Assembly (NCBI GenBank): GCA_964187785.1
Contig: OZ076411.1
Coordinates: 34,720,001-34,784,000, forward strand
Direction: 5' to 3'
Length of the DNA: 64,000 bases
Source of the DNA: Amphiscolops sp. MND2022
Lineage: Eukaryota
A program made the position numbers and the translations under genes. Below, piece after piece: positions 12,833 through 25,937 of the stretch. The notes beneath the pieces were generated by a model. The model ran no database searches. It was not told where the DNA came from and saw nothing but the letters and a program-made list of their open reading frames with translations. Positions within the stretch are counted from its first letter, which is position 1. Each line of letters begins with the position of its first letter.

Positions 12833-15800
12833 TGGCGCAGTAAGCAAGATGGAGAACCAGAAATCATCTGAAAGTACAGGCTCTTCAACCGGAGAAATCT
12901 CCGAAAGAGCAAACACCAAAACCGAAAAAAAACTCACCAAAAAATCACACTACTAACATTTGAAAAACGCGGAATACAGAAGGCGAAAATATGGTGGATA
13001 CGATTTACACAGTACATCAAAATGATTCAGAATATCGATCTCAACGTAATAACAACAGACCGCGAAATACTACAAAACTACAGGGACGATCTAGAACACC
13101 GGATCAAAGACTTGTTCATTTGGGCACTGGAAGAGTCAGCGATAACGGAGATGACGAGAACCGTTAGAGATAATGACCCAAATAGAATGGACATCAATCA
13201 ACTATATTCGCTGTTCCGGTTACATTTCATACCGGAACCAACAAATTCCACAGTAGAGCGGATTTATTCGGAATAACGGGAGAGAAAAATGAAACAGCAG
13301 AAGGTGTATGGACGAGAATCCTACAAGTGGAAAAGTGAATTCAACTGTGAATTCGAAAACGTTACACCAGCAGAACTAATAGCATCGAAATTTGTGTCGG
13401 TAATTGGCGTATCGACAGGTGATTACGAATTGAAGAGGAAATTCGGAAAAGCGACATGACCTTGAAAACAAGAACAGCCCTTATACACGAAAACATGTAC
13501 GACCGGTTGAACAACTCAAACAATTCAAATGATGGAAAAGAAATTGAACACGTACGAGAACGACCGTACAAGCGGAAATGGACCGACAAATCCAATGCAG
13601 ACAGAACAAAGAAAAGACCGGAATAACAAAAGCAAAAGCCAAGAGATAATCGATACGGACAGTGTGGGGCACCGAACTGGTCGAGACAACACATATGCCC
13701 AGCAAAAATGGCAGAATGTAGAAACTGCAAAAGAAGAGGCAAAACGAAAAGATGTGCAGATCGACAAAACGAATACGATACGTGGAAAGAACGACATCAT
13801 CTGCACAAGAAGACAACTGGGATTACAATAGAATTCAGAAAAAAAACAAATGAAAACAAAAGAAAGGTTTCTATAACGCCACACTACTGGCTAATAACCT
13901 ACCAATCTAGTTCATCATCGACAGCAGCTCACCAGTTACATCAATCCCGAAATGCTTGTTCAATAAAACAACGCCACTTGAACCACTCAAGACCACTTAT
14001 AAAGATGTAAACAATCGGAAGATCGATTTCGTAGGCCAGAAGAAAATTACGGTCAAAACAAACAAGGAAACAATTGAGTTACCACTATTGATTACAAAAG
14101 CACAAACAGCATCGTTAGTGGGCTTGGATTGGATGCAACAGCCTAAAATAAACCTGAGTGCAATGAACGACGCAATCCAATTACACAACATAAAATTGGA
14201 TAACACGGAAAGAGGAATCAAAGAACTTCAAAACGATTTCAAAGATTTTTCTACAACAACAAAAAAATAAAAAAAGACTCTCGGTAAAAATAAATATGAA
14301 ACCGGGAGCTCAAATAAAACAGCAAGAAGCATGACCAATCCCGATACACCTTCAGGATCAAGTGGCACAAGAACTCAAACGATTAACAAAACACGTTTAT
14401 CTGGAAAGAGCAACAGACATTACCGAAGACTATTTTGTAAGCCCTGCAGTAACAACGGTGAAAAAAGACAAACCAGTAAAAAATGCTCTTCACTCCAGAA
14501 AACTAAACGAGGTGACTGTAAAAAGAAAAGTACAAATGCCGAACATGGAAGAATTGGTATCACGAAGATCAAGAGAAATATCGGGGACAGACGGAGAAGT
14601 TTCAGCAACAACACTTGATTTCGATTACGCATACGGGCAAATCAAACTCGATGAAGATACAAAAACCTGTGTTTATTTACCTTTACCTAAAAACGATCAC
14701 AGCGGTAACAACCTATGGCTAAATATTATTGAAAACACTGGTTTGCCTGGAACGAAATACACGAGAACAGATACCCGAAGAATACAAATAGTTCCAAAAG
14801 CACCTCTCAACTAAATTTGAAGTGGTTTTCTACAACGATCGCATTGTCATAACAAAAGCATTGCGACGGACGATCATAATGTTGCTGCAGAAGGGACATG
14901 CGGCAAAAAAAAACAAAACAACATCAGCAGCAAAACCATTCTGGTGGCCCAAATTACAACAAGACATTCAACAGAAATGTGATGATTGTTTTGCCTGCAA
15001 AATGACAGGTAAGAGTACAAACACTCAAATACCGATGACGCAAGTTAATTATTCACCACCGGCCGAAAAACCAAACCAAGAAATCCACCAAGAAACCCAA
15101 ACCAACTTTCTATATATTAATTTCTAAAGACCGGTACAGCAGGTGGCCGGCCGCGTGTGTATGCGAAACACCAAATAGAAAAACAGCAAAAGATTTCTTA
15201 GAACAATACATTACACTAAACGGACAACCTATACAATTGGAACGGATAAATGCACGGCCTTTACCGGCAAAAAAATTAGTGATCTTTGCAAATCACTAAA
15301 CATCAAGTTAATATACGGAATACCGTATATAAACACACCGCCTTGTTTGATCGAAAGAGGAATAAAAGCTTTTAAAGACTTCTCACGAGCGAACCTCGAA
15401 GAACGGAAAAACATAAACGAAACATTGAGCCGTTCATTAAATATAATGAAGACAACGGTCCATTCGATTTTAAATGAGTCTCCGTTTGAACGCCATTACG
15501 GTAGAGAACCGAGAACGGAGATACATAACTTTTTAAACATATCTCGGAACAAATAAAAGTTTGTTCCAGCAAAATCGGAGACCATACAAGTATCCACCTT
15601 TTCCAACGGGAGTGGAAAACCGATCAACTGGTGATGAGAGCCCCGAGAAATTTGAAAGAGTACGTTAGTAACAATTTTCCATACCAATTCTTAGAAAACA
15701 CAACAAAACAGAAACAAATTTGGAAGTTTGTACAATCAAAAACCACAAACAGCAACAGCAATGGTACCAAACAGCCATGGTACCAAACATACCATTACTA

Positions 15801-16120
15801 CGAGCAAAAACAAAATGAGACATCGAAAAAGAGCTAGCGAACCACTGAAAATGAATTTTCAGAACCCGAGGAGGGGGGAAATGCCAAAGGACCAGACGGC
15901 AGATCTACGACAAGAGAAGAAATCATCACCGCTGAACACATCGAGCGAAGCAGCACTCCGATATCAGAGGAAGACAACCTGACACCGGACGAAACAACCC
16001 CGACATTAGAAGAAACCGTATTTGATACAACATTTGACATGGAAACAAATACAGCGAGTCCCGTCATCGGAGGAGGAAACAAGACGAGAACGTCTAAAGT
16101 CGGCGCTATATCTTAGGCTC
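12833..16120 (+). mobile_element. Degenerate Ty3/Gypsy element of family X with an internal deletion of most of RT and RNase H
   Basis: PBS TGGCGCAGT at 12833; gag; Cys-rich knuckle remnant (PAKMAECRNCKRRG); protease-region and RT N-terminal fragments (KRKVQMPNMEELV...LDFDYAYGQI) joined at ~14700 to pre-integrase and integrase fragments (KPFWWPKLQQDIQQKCDDCFAC, IGTDKCTAFTG, IERGIKAFK). Confidence 0.85.
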
Positions 16121-16555
16121 AAAAAGCGCAAAACATTTTTGTCGAAAAAATCATGAAATTTTCGAAAAAAACTTGAAATTTTCGAAAAAAAAAAATTTTG
16201 AGGAAAATGTCGAACAGTGCAGAAAAAAATCAAAAGGGGGGACCCTTCAGCCTCGGACGGTTTTGTAGATTACGTTAAAAAAGTACAAAATGAAAGGGGG
16301 GACCTTTGGAGACAAAAAAAATTTCGAAAAAAAGTCGCACAGTGCCGAAAAAAAATCAAAAAAATGAAAGGGGGGACTCTGTATTCCCGTCCGGTTTTGT
16401 AGGTTACCTTGAAAAAGGTTTGCACTAAATTTGCCTTGGCCTCTTTGCCGGACTGGGCGCCTTGGGTGGTTTCAGGATTGTTTCTAAGAAGTGGACCGAT
16501 CAGTGTGAGGCTGAAGAAAAAAAAGTTACTGCTATAGTCGGGCATTTTTCCTTAA
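16120..16555. repeat. A-rich low-complexity insert with three AAAGGGGGGAC motifs, possibly a non-autonomous element
   Basis: aaaggggggac near 16233, 16294 and 16368, among TTTCGAAAAAA repeats; interrupts family-X-like 3' sequence. No TIR or TSD identified. Confidence 0.3.
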
Positions 16556-16738
16556 AAGGAAAACGCGCCGACTAAAAACGAAATTGATACGAGACAAGAC
16601 AGGCCAGAGCCCGGGAAGCAACAACTTCAAGTTCAATGTGGAGAACCTGACACCAAAACAACTGGAGGAATCGAGACACACAATTGAGGAAAACCCGAAC
16701 ATAATTACAGTCGTCGACAGAAATGGTAACACCGGTTC

Positions 16739-16938
16739 NNNNNNNNNNNNNNNNNNNNNNNNNNNNNNNNNNNNNNNNNNNNNNNNNNNNNNNNNNNNNN
16801 NNNNNNNNNNNNNNNNNNNNNNNNNNNNNNNNNNNNNNNNNNNNNNNNNNNNNNNNNNNNNNNNNNNNNNNNNNNNNNNNNNNNNNNNNNNNNNNNNNNN
16901 NNNNNNNNNNNNNNNNNNNNNNNNNNNNNNNNNNNNNN
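16739..16938. other. Assembly gap (200 N)
   Basis: Run of exactly 200 N; contiguity across it is not guaranteed. Confidence 0.99.
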
Positions 16939-17744
16939 TATGAATCAACTTCAACACTACGTCGCAATTTAACTAACCAACCCAAATTTTGAATCTACGT
17001 CAGTATTGCGTCGACTAAGATTCAATTCGCACGGAATATGGTATTTAAGCCAGGATTTTTCAGATTTCCTTGAAGTAACAGTGTTTTAACACGATTTTGA
17101 TTAAAAAGTCACAGTTAATTTTCAATTTGTGTTAATAAAGTGAAGTCCAAGCTGGATTTTAAATGTACGTTTTGACTACCTAATTTCATAAGTTCATATG
17201 CTTTTTGACGATGTCACGTCGTCTTTTATTGTTGCTCAAAGGTGTTGCTCCTAATTTTAATGAGATAAATAATTATCAATGGTTGAAAGATTTAATTGTT
17301 TAGCCTCGTGTAAAACAGTCACTCTCTTAGCATCACCAAATTGTCTAAATCAAGAGAAATAGTCAGAATTTTTTTCAAGTGAAAATTCAAAATCAGGTAT
17401 TAGTTGTTCACGTCAGCGTCATCTCCGCGTCGGTTTCCTACGAACCAAAGCAGAAAAACGGGGAAGTATTTCCGGTTTGACAGACTGAAGTAATATCTAC
17501 TTCCTGCTTGGGAGGAAACAAAAGGACGCCGGAATGAAATGATATGATCATGGTTGATGACTAATACTAGATTAGAATTGCTGTGTCTTAAAAATTGACG
17601 AAATGCTGACGAAGATCAAAATTTTGCCGCAAAGTTACAGGAAGTGACTAATATCTCGATGGAAATTAAAGTACGCGAGTATGAACAGATGATGCTAGGA
17701 GGGTATATATAGCTTGTACCTGTAAACTTATTCATTCAATTTCT

Positions 17745-19464
17745 GATTCAATATGCTGTCTTGTATCAAATTCTACTTTGTTTTGTTAAAACAATTACTC
17801 TGCAAACTTCAATTCAAAATGGATAAATCCGAAAATCGTTTCATCAATAGAAGCTAGAAAAGAAGAATGTCCTTCAAAAAAGCAACAAAAATAATCAGAA
17901 ATGTACAGAACAACGACCCTAACAGAAGTCGCAACACCTATACAACTGCAATCGTTGATAAATTTGAAAACATTACCTATTTTTAATATTTGCAACACGT
18001 GTAAAACAATTTATGTACTTGTATTTGTAGTGCGGTTTATATTTCACAGCAAGCTATACTGACAGGCAGAAAGGAAACGAGCTCAAATGATTGCCTGTTC
18101 AGTATAGCTAGCATAGCCGCATACGGCGAATAAGCCAATCAGAGCTTTTAGCTACACATATAGTTGCTGTAATACATTCATTTACTAATCGGAAGGGACC
18201 GTCACGACCACTCAACCTAAGCGGTCTAATTACATTTCGTTGATATACTGTGCTCTTATTGAATGAACAGAACAAAGCAAGTACGGCCTTAATGACTAAA
18301 TAGCCTTACTCGTCCAAACGTTACTATTGCTATTATAGAGAAATAAGGCCCGATACGGCCAGCAGACTAAATGAAATCGACGCTACCTTTGATGAAGTGA
18401 TGATGAAATATATGTTATGAATTGCAGAGTATTCAATCTCATGTAAATATTAATATGTAGTGTTGCTTAAATAGTTAAATAGTCCCTTGCGGTCACAACC
18501 CGTACAGGGTCGCATGAATTGTTACGCAAGTAAAACTGTTTCATACATGAATTTAAGCTTGTAAACTATTTGACCTATACGCTGTGTGTCCTTGTCGGAC
18601 GCTTCCATCTATTCTTCAATGACGTCATGTTGCTATTTATAGTCACGATTGTATCTATTTTTACATATGTGCTATTGTGTGCACAGCTTATGTGCTATTT
18701 TTAGTAGCATGACTGCCAAAATCAAAGATGTCATGCTAACTTGGGTATAAATATGCCCAAGTTGGGCCTCAAAAATATTTATGCTAGTGATACGGTTATT
18801 GTTCAGTTGCTCTTATACAAGTTGTACAAGATTTGCTGTGAAACCTAGTTCATATGGTCTCCGGGAACAATTTAAATATTTTCTCCTGGTTAAATATTTT
18901 CAATGCCCTCCACAATGAGACAAAAGGCCAAGACCAGGAAGTCAAGAGAATTAGATATGCTTTCTGATTACGGTAAAATGGACGTAATGTTAGGTGGAGG
19001 AAATTCCAATTTTGTAGAAAAAGAATTGGATAGTCTTATTTAAGTCCCTGAAAGGCAACAGGACTTTCAGTCCTTTCCAAACAGAGAAAACTCATCTGAA
19101 GAGAATCAGATTAGGGATATCGATAGTAGAAATGAACCTGTCAGAGAAGGTAGACTAATGGAGTCGATCAACATGTTATCTAGAGAAATGAATGCCAGAA
19201 TGTTTCGTGAGATCGAAACGATGATAGACTTAATGCATACTCAAATTAGCAGAGCCATTAGCTCTGTCATGAGTGAGAGAATCATTCCAGAGATACAAAA
19301 CATGGTGGAAAGTTTGCCTTTGAACCAGCATGGCGTTGAGCCGTATACGTCCACAAATGAGGATGGAATTAGAAATGTGTGAAAGAACGCAAATACAAAG
19401 TTACCAAAAGAGGACTCAAGGTCCGCTTGTGATCTGAGGGATCACACGGACAATGTTCCTTACA
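17745..19464 (+). repeat. E1 5' LTR (at least 1720 bp), encoding the first 187 codons of gag
   Basis: Ends ...CCTTACA directly before the PBS; copy C ends identically at 34700. TATAAAT at 18746; gag ATG at 18903. Confidence 0.8.
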
Positions 19465-20576
19465 TGGTGACAGGAGCTAACGAACTCCAACAGCAGATTC
19501 CTGAATTCCTCACAGGACGAATTCACTCTCAGCCAGACCTTCAGAGACAAGAATCCGCGCATGATACAACCCTGGATACAACTCTACCAGTGGCGGAGCC
19601 CGTTATAGCCGAACAGCCACAAGACCCTATCAACCGACTGGCAGATGTCTTAGTGAATCTCCAAAACAAACCACAATCAATGACAATTCGACCGGTCACG
19701 ACGAACCCCATGACTTTCAATTGCAAAACAGAGAAATTCGAACTGTTTGAAGATCTATTTCATACGATGATGAAAATGCAGCCCGCCATGACTGAACAGA
19801 TGAAAATTATTCACTTTCATTCATTACTCAGAAAGGGGGCTCTACAAACATTTCGTAATATAAACTCAGTAACCGTCAAACACTCGAGGACGTATTAGTC
19901 ATCTTTCGCAGAAAATACGTCAAACCTGAGTCTCAAGCCACAGCTAAACAAAAGTGGCATCGGCTTGTTTTTGATCCCAACACGATGAAGAATTCAACCA
20001 AGGTGCCGAGAAAGCCTTTGGAGAGAATGCTAAAAGCATGATCGACAAACTGCTATATTCCAAACTACCGCCCAAACTCAAACGATCGGTCAACATGGCC
20101 AGGCTAGAAAATGGGATATATGAGGAAATCCTGGCTCATCTCGAAAGAGAACTCGAACTAAACGCCTTAGAAGAATGTAATGACTTACCCATTGCCACAA
20201 TGGCTTCATTGTCAGGCAAAGCGCGAAACTTACTATCCAAAGGCATTGACACCAACAAGAATAACCAATGCTCATACTGCAAAGCTGAAGACCATTTCTG
20301 GAAATATTGCCCAAAACTCAAAAAGAAAAAAGATCTGGAGTTCAAAAATAGCAAGAATCCACAACGCCCAACTTATCCAGAATGTCCCACCTGCAGCAAA
20401 GCTAACCACTAGAGAAATGTTGGCGTGGTGCCGGAGCTCACCTTCGTCCCAAACGGAATTGACATGACTCCAAAGATACAGAGCCCTCTGAAGACGAAGA
20501 CACCCGCACCAAAAACGAAAAACCTGCAACATCTACATCAGGCCAGTCCAATTTAAAGAAGCCTCATTCAAAAAAC
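18903..20576 (+). pseudogene. gag: E1 gag (disrupted)
   Basis: MPSTMRQKAK... start; capsid-like TFNCKTEKFELFEDLF...HFHSLLRKGALQTF; knuckle CSYCKAEDHFWKYC and a second CPTC...NH remnant; several stops and frameshifts. Confidence 0.85.
19465..19476 (+). promoter_or_regulatory. E1 primer-binding site TGGTGACAGGAG (tRNA-Leu-like)
   Basis: Abuts the LTR-terminal CA and is identical to the E2 PBS over 12 nt; one mismatch from the Leu-type PBS TGGTGTCAGGAG. tRNA identity is inferred. Confidence 0.75.
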
Positions 20577-23500
20577 TTACTTTGCCACGACTCCAAATAT
20601 GTGACCGAATGTCGATACGACAATATGTCATATCCGACCCCTCCAACGTAACATACAAACAATATCACTGTGACATCACTAGAACACCATCAGTTGTCTG
20701 GCAGCAACAGATAGAAAAAGTTCAAATTAAAAGGTACAAAATGGTCCATAACGACCGCCCAGACCAATACTACGACATGGACTACACTGCAGCTTTTGAA
20801 ACACGATTCAGACCACTTCAACAAATCGAAGGGTATGACCCTCACTATATTGATCCTAAATATGGAGTAGACCAATACTTGGACAATTCCCTCCATGACC
20901 AACAGAAATTGCAATTTAAATGTGACGATTATCCACCAACAGATGATGAGGATGACCCCGAAATACCAGATAACAATATATCAAGGGCGCTCATCGAATT
21001 GTGGCAGCCTAATTCTGAAATCACCAATGAGCAGGAGATAGAGGAACCAATTATCGAAAATGGACCACAGTCCGAACTAGGTCCATTGGACGAATTAGCC
21101 TTCCTTCATGTCCTAGTAACTAAAGAAGGGGAACCAGTATATATACCCTTATCCACAAACCTTGAACTCAAATACAAAAAACTGATGCTAAATTTCCCGG
21201 TGGACTTTGGGGAACTAACCATAGACGGCCTTATAGACACTGGAGCCTTATCTAGTGCAATTCCAGAAGCAGACCTCAGGAAAGTACGCCTATTGGCGCC
21301 CCAATCCCTAGTCAAAGAGTGACCTGCTCCAACATTCCAAATTATGGTCGCAAATGGGCAATTGGAAACCCCAAAGAGCACTGTTGAACTCAATTTCGAG
21401 GTTGGAGACATCGAATTCCATGAAATATTTATAGTAATGGAAAAACTGACTGGCCCCATCATAGGACTAATGTTCCTCCAAAGAAATCATAAAGTCCTGG
21501 ACATGCGACAAGGTATCCTCAACTTCCCATACTTCTCCATGCAACCTAAAACGGCTGACCATAAATTCTTTAACGTCTTGAAACCTATACTCAACCCAGA
21601 CGATGTCACAATACCACCCAATGACCGTATCCTAGTAGAGATCAAATCCCAGATCTACAATGAAAACACGGTCACAGTGGTGTTACAACCCAATCATCTC
21701 CTCCACAAGGACGGCAATATCACATTTTGCGCCGCAATAGTCACGTTAACCAATGGAACCGTCAATATCCATATCAATAACTTCACAGATCAGCCTTAAA
21801 AACTCAAAGAAGGACTTTACATAACAAACTTCTCAGTATTAACACCGGAAATAATGAAACACGTTAAACCAATCGACCCGGTGTCCACTTGGCATAACCT
21901 CAATGAAAATACTATGTCAGTAGTCTACTCAAGGCCAACCGAAACAACGAACAATACGAACAATTCCGGTTCCCAACGCCAGAAAACCCAGGGGACGAAG
22001 ATTCCCACACCCATATACAACAACGAACTCTACAAGAATTACGAAATCTCCAAGAAGCAGAACAACTAAACCCTCAGAATGATGAGGAATCACGCCGTAA
22101 ATTTTGGCACCTTCTATTGGAAAGACTCGATGCTGCAACAACATGAAATTAAAAAGATCGAATCACTCCTAGTTGAATACCACGATATGTTTGCAAGACA
22201 CCGATTTGATATCGGGAGGAATGAAGAAACTCACCCCTAAGGACAATTCGCCTGCCTATAGCCAAAGTCTTCCAACTCCAGTCAACCTAAAGGAAGACAT
22301 ACTTGTCGAGCTGGCCCTCCTCAACAAATATGGCATAGGAATCAACTCCCGTTTTCCAAATATGCCAGCCCCATGTTTCCACAGAAAAAACCGAACGGGA
22401 AGCTAAGACTACTAGTCGATCTGAGGAAAATTAACAACCTCATCTCAGATGATTATATAAACAACAATCATCCAGCTGGCACCCTAACGGACGCTGCGCA
22501 ACATATGGCAGGCAAGAAACTGTCCTGTAAACTTGACTGTTCACAGGCATAACACTGTCTTCCAATGGCGCACCAAAGGTCCATTGAGATGCTTGCATTC
22601 AATTTCGCAAGCCGTACCTTTGCCTACAGAAGACTCGCCCAGGGCCTTAGCAGAGCATTATCGGCGTTTTCAAGCTTTATGCGAGAATACCTCGATAAAG
22701 GTACTAAACCGACCAATGTGCCCATAATGTGGACGATATAGGCATAGCCGCTAACGACGCCAATCATCCTATTACAAACCTGAAGGCGACATTTGAATGC
22801 ATCAGAAAAGCGGGATTCAAGCTAACAATGCATAAATGCCACTTCGGGGCGACGGAAATCGATTTTCTAGGGAAAACAATTACTCCTGAGGGCGTCAAAC
22901 TACAAAAGTAGAGAATAACAACTCTCCTAGAACAAAAAAAATTTCCCAAAATCAAAAAAAGCACCACAGCGATACCTCGGATTCCTGAACTACTACAGGA
23001 ACTACATTCCAAGGCTGTCTGAAAAACTAGCCCTTTTTTCCAACTCCTTAAAAAAGACGAAAAAGTCCTAGTGACCACAGAGCTAGTACAACAATTTAAC
23101 AAAATTAATCGAGACCTTGACAAATGTAGTCAACTGGCCCTTAAGCAACCACTACCAAACAAGCAACTAGTTCTCATGACAGATGCTAGCTTTACAGCGG
23201 ACGGATACGCCATACTCACTGAAGACGACCCAAAGAAAAAACGTTCATCTATCAAAAAATCATACGCTCCTATTGCATATGGCTCAAAGACCTTTACGCC
23301 ATCGCGACTCAAATTTTCAATATACGCCAAGGAACTCTTAGCTATCTATTACGCATTCAAAGAATTTGGACATATTTTCTGGGGAGCGCCCAAACCGATC
23401 ACTATCCTTACGAACAACAAATCGGTTACAAGATTCTTCCAGACCATAATAATTCCTCCAGCATTCTGGAACGCCTGTGACTATGTAATACAATTCAACT

Positions 23501-25804
23501 TTGTCATAGCACATATCCCAGGGAAAACAATAGAGCAGCTGACTACCTATCTCGCATGGAAATGGACTCAAAGAGAAACTAGTCCTAAAAATCCGCGAAG
23601 ATATAGAGACAAAAGCCATTGAGGTAAACGTCCAAACGGCAAGAGTAGCAGATGAGGATAAGGTCTTCTTCACAGAACATGATGACGAGACAGAAGCACA
23701 AATGTGGGAACGTAAAAACAAAGCCGTAACCACCTGATCAACCAAGAATTCAAATTCGTAACTCAAATTGACGCAATATCTGAAAACATAGTAGATGAAA
23801 TCATAAACTCTACCCAAAAATTGCAAAGAACAAATCAAATTTTGCTCGAACAATCTAAAGACCCTCTTCTGCGTCTACTCAACGCCAAAATTCAGAACGA
23901 AGATCATTCTGAAGAAATACTCCAACAAGATATTCGCACTACCTTAACAATTTGGACCAAATAGTCCTTAAAGACAAAGTAGTCACACGACAGTACTATG
24001 ACGGAACTGGTCAAGTCAAATATCACCAGATACTCCCACCAAAACATCTTCTAAAAGAGCTTTTCTATGCATTACATGGAACCGCGCACAAACATCCGGG
24101 CATATCTAAAATGCTACAGGAAATTCGCCAGAAATATTACTACCCCGGAATAGCAAAAAATAATTAAAAAATGGGTCGAAATATGCAAAACTTGTGCAAA
24201 AGTCAAGCGTGTCCCAAACAACTCAAAAACCCCTGAATTTCTCAACTTGCCCCAATGGGACCTTGGACCAGAGGACGTAATGCAAATTGACTTATTACCA
24301 AATCTACCGATAAGTGGAGGCTACCAAACCGTGATGACGGCGATAGATGTTTTCTCTAGATACCTGTTAGCCTACCCGTTAGTGGAAGCTACCGCTTCGA
24401 ACACGGCAAAGGTCTTGATCGACATCATGACAAAACACACATATCTGGCAACTATACTCATGACTGACAAAGGAACTGTTTTCACGTCAACACTCATTGC
24501 AGAAATAACGGAAATCCTTGGAATTACACTGAAATGTGCAACTACTAAACACCCGCAAACGATTGGCAAACTTGAAAGAACTCATGCCTCACTCAAACCA
24601 AATTTGAAAATGGCCTCAGGGGAATATCGCCGACAATGGCATAAATACTTACCACTGGCTGTACTCAACTAGAATACTACTTACCACTCCAGTATTGGTT
24701 GTGAGCCAAGTAAGGTTTTCCATGGACGGATTCCCTACAATGTCCTGGATCTTAAACTCGGAAATAATCCCAATAAATTTTTCTTGCCTACGACGGAACT
24801 CGCGGAAGAATTACAACAGAGAACGCAAACTCTCATTGACAAAACGAAGCACAATATTATGCAGTCATACCTGAAATACAAGGAGTATTACGACCGGAAA
24901 GCCAAGGCAGCTGCTCCGAGTGAACAAGATTTTGCAGCCTAAAGCAGATAATCAAGGATAGAAGATACCGTTCAGGGAGTACCGCCGGATCGATCCTTAT
25001 CGAATTGAAAAGGTATTAGCTAATGACAATTATATTGTTCGCCGGTAAAATACGAATAAAACGCAGATATTACAACGAATCCGTCTGAAAAAATTTGTTC
25101 CAAATACACCTTCAGAGGACAAATATTCCAAAGAGAAATTGCAACCTGATGATGAAATAATCATTCCGCAAGATGATTTATATGTCATCTCATGGGAGGC
25201 AGAATTTGATTACCAAGTCTTCGAGCCGAGACGAGACGATAACACGAATGAGGAATCAAAAACACCAGACAGCGATGCTAGTGGTACAACTAGTGATTAT
25301 GTCATTTATGACAACGCTGATGACGACGCGATAAGGCCGGGAACGGCTACCAGCCGAGACGGCATAGTCTCGCGAGACGCAAATGACGTCACCGAAACGA
25401 ATGAACGAACCAATACGAATGAAAATGAAACAAGACAGCGTACGGCCACTAGCCGAGACGCGCCTTTATTGTGTGACGAAGATGACGTCAACGACAACAC
25501 TGCAAAGAATAAACAAAGCAGCGAAATCAAAAGGCCGAATACGGCCACTAGCCAAGATAACCAAAATTCTGGCGACACGCATACTGAATTGCCCAATGAA
25601 TTTGATGATAGTACAAAATATTCTCCTAAAAGGGGGGAGGATAATCCCGTGCCCGGAATATCGGATGATGCAATGAATGAGAAAATACAGGAAAACTCTA
25701 GCTCTAGAGGAGGGAAATTTAACCTTCGACCTAACCCAACCCCAACTACACTGATGAATACAGATACTAGTCAGAAGTGTAAATTACAGTCCCTCTTTCG
25801 TTAG
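20576..25804 (+). pseudogene. pol: E1 pol: unassigned N-terminal domain, aspartic protease, RT, RNase H, integrase (disrupted)
   Basis: Begins at slippery A AAA AAC (20570-20576). Protease LIDTGALSS; RT LVDLRKINN and VDDIG; RNase H LMTDASF and YAKELLAI; integrase HGTAHKHPG, MQIDLLP, IDVFSRY, MTDKGTVF, KLERTHASLK. Confidence 0.9.
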
Positions 25805-25937
25805 TTACAGGAAACGGCATGTATCTTAATGGGACTACTCTGACGACTATAATGACAGAATAAACACGTGACAACAAAACAAAAAAGGTATACAGATAGA
25901 TTCACAACTAAAAAACAGAATGTACAATAATATACAT

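Noticed and set aside
16532-16992. ORFs spanning the N run
   Set aside because: Artefacts of translating through the assembly gap.
17553-17744. Possible true 5' start of the E1 LTR at 17558 (GTTGA|TG versus GTTGG after 34700)
   Set aside because: Only a 4/5 TSD match and no second LTR copy covers this segment; the boundary is left unresolved.
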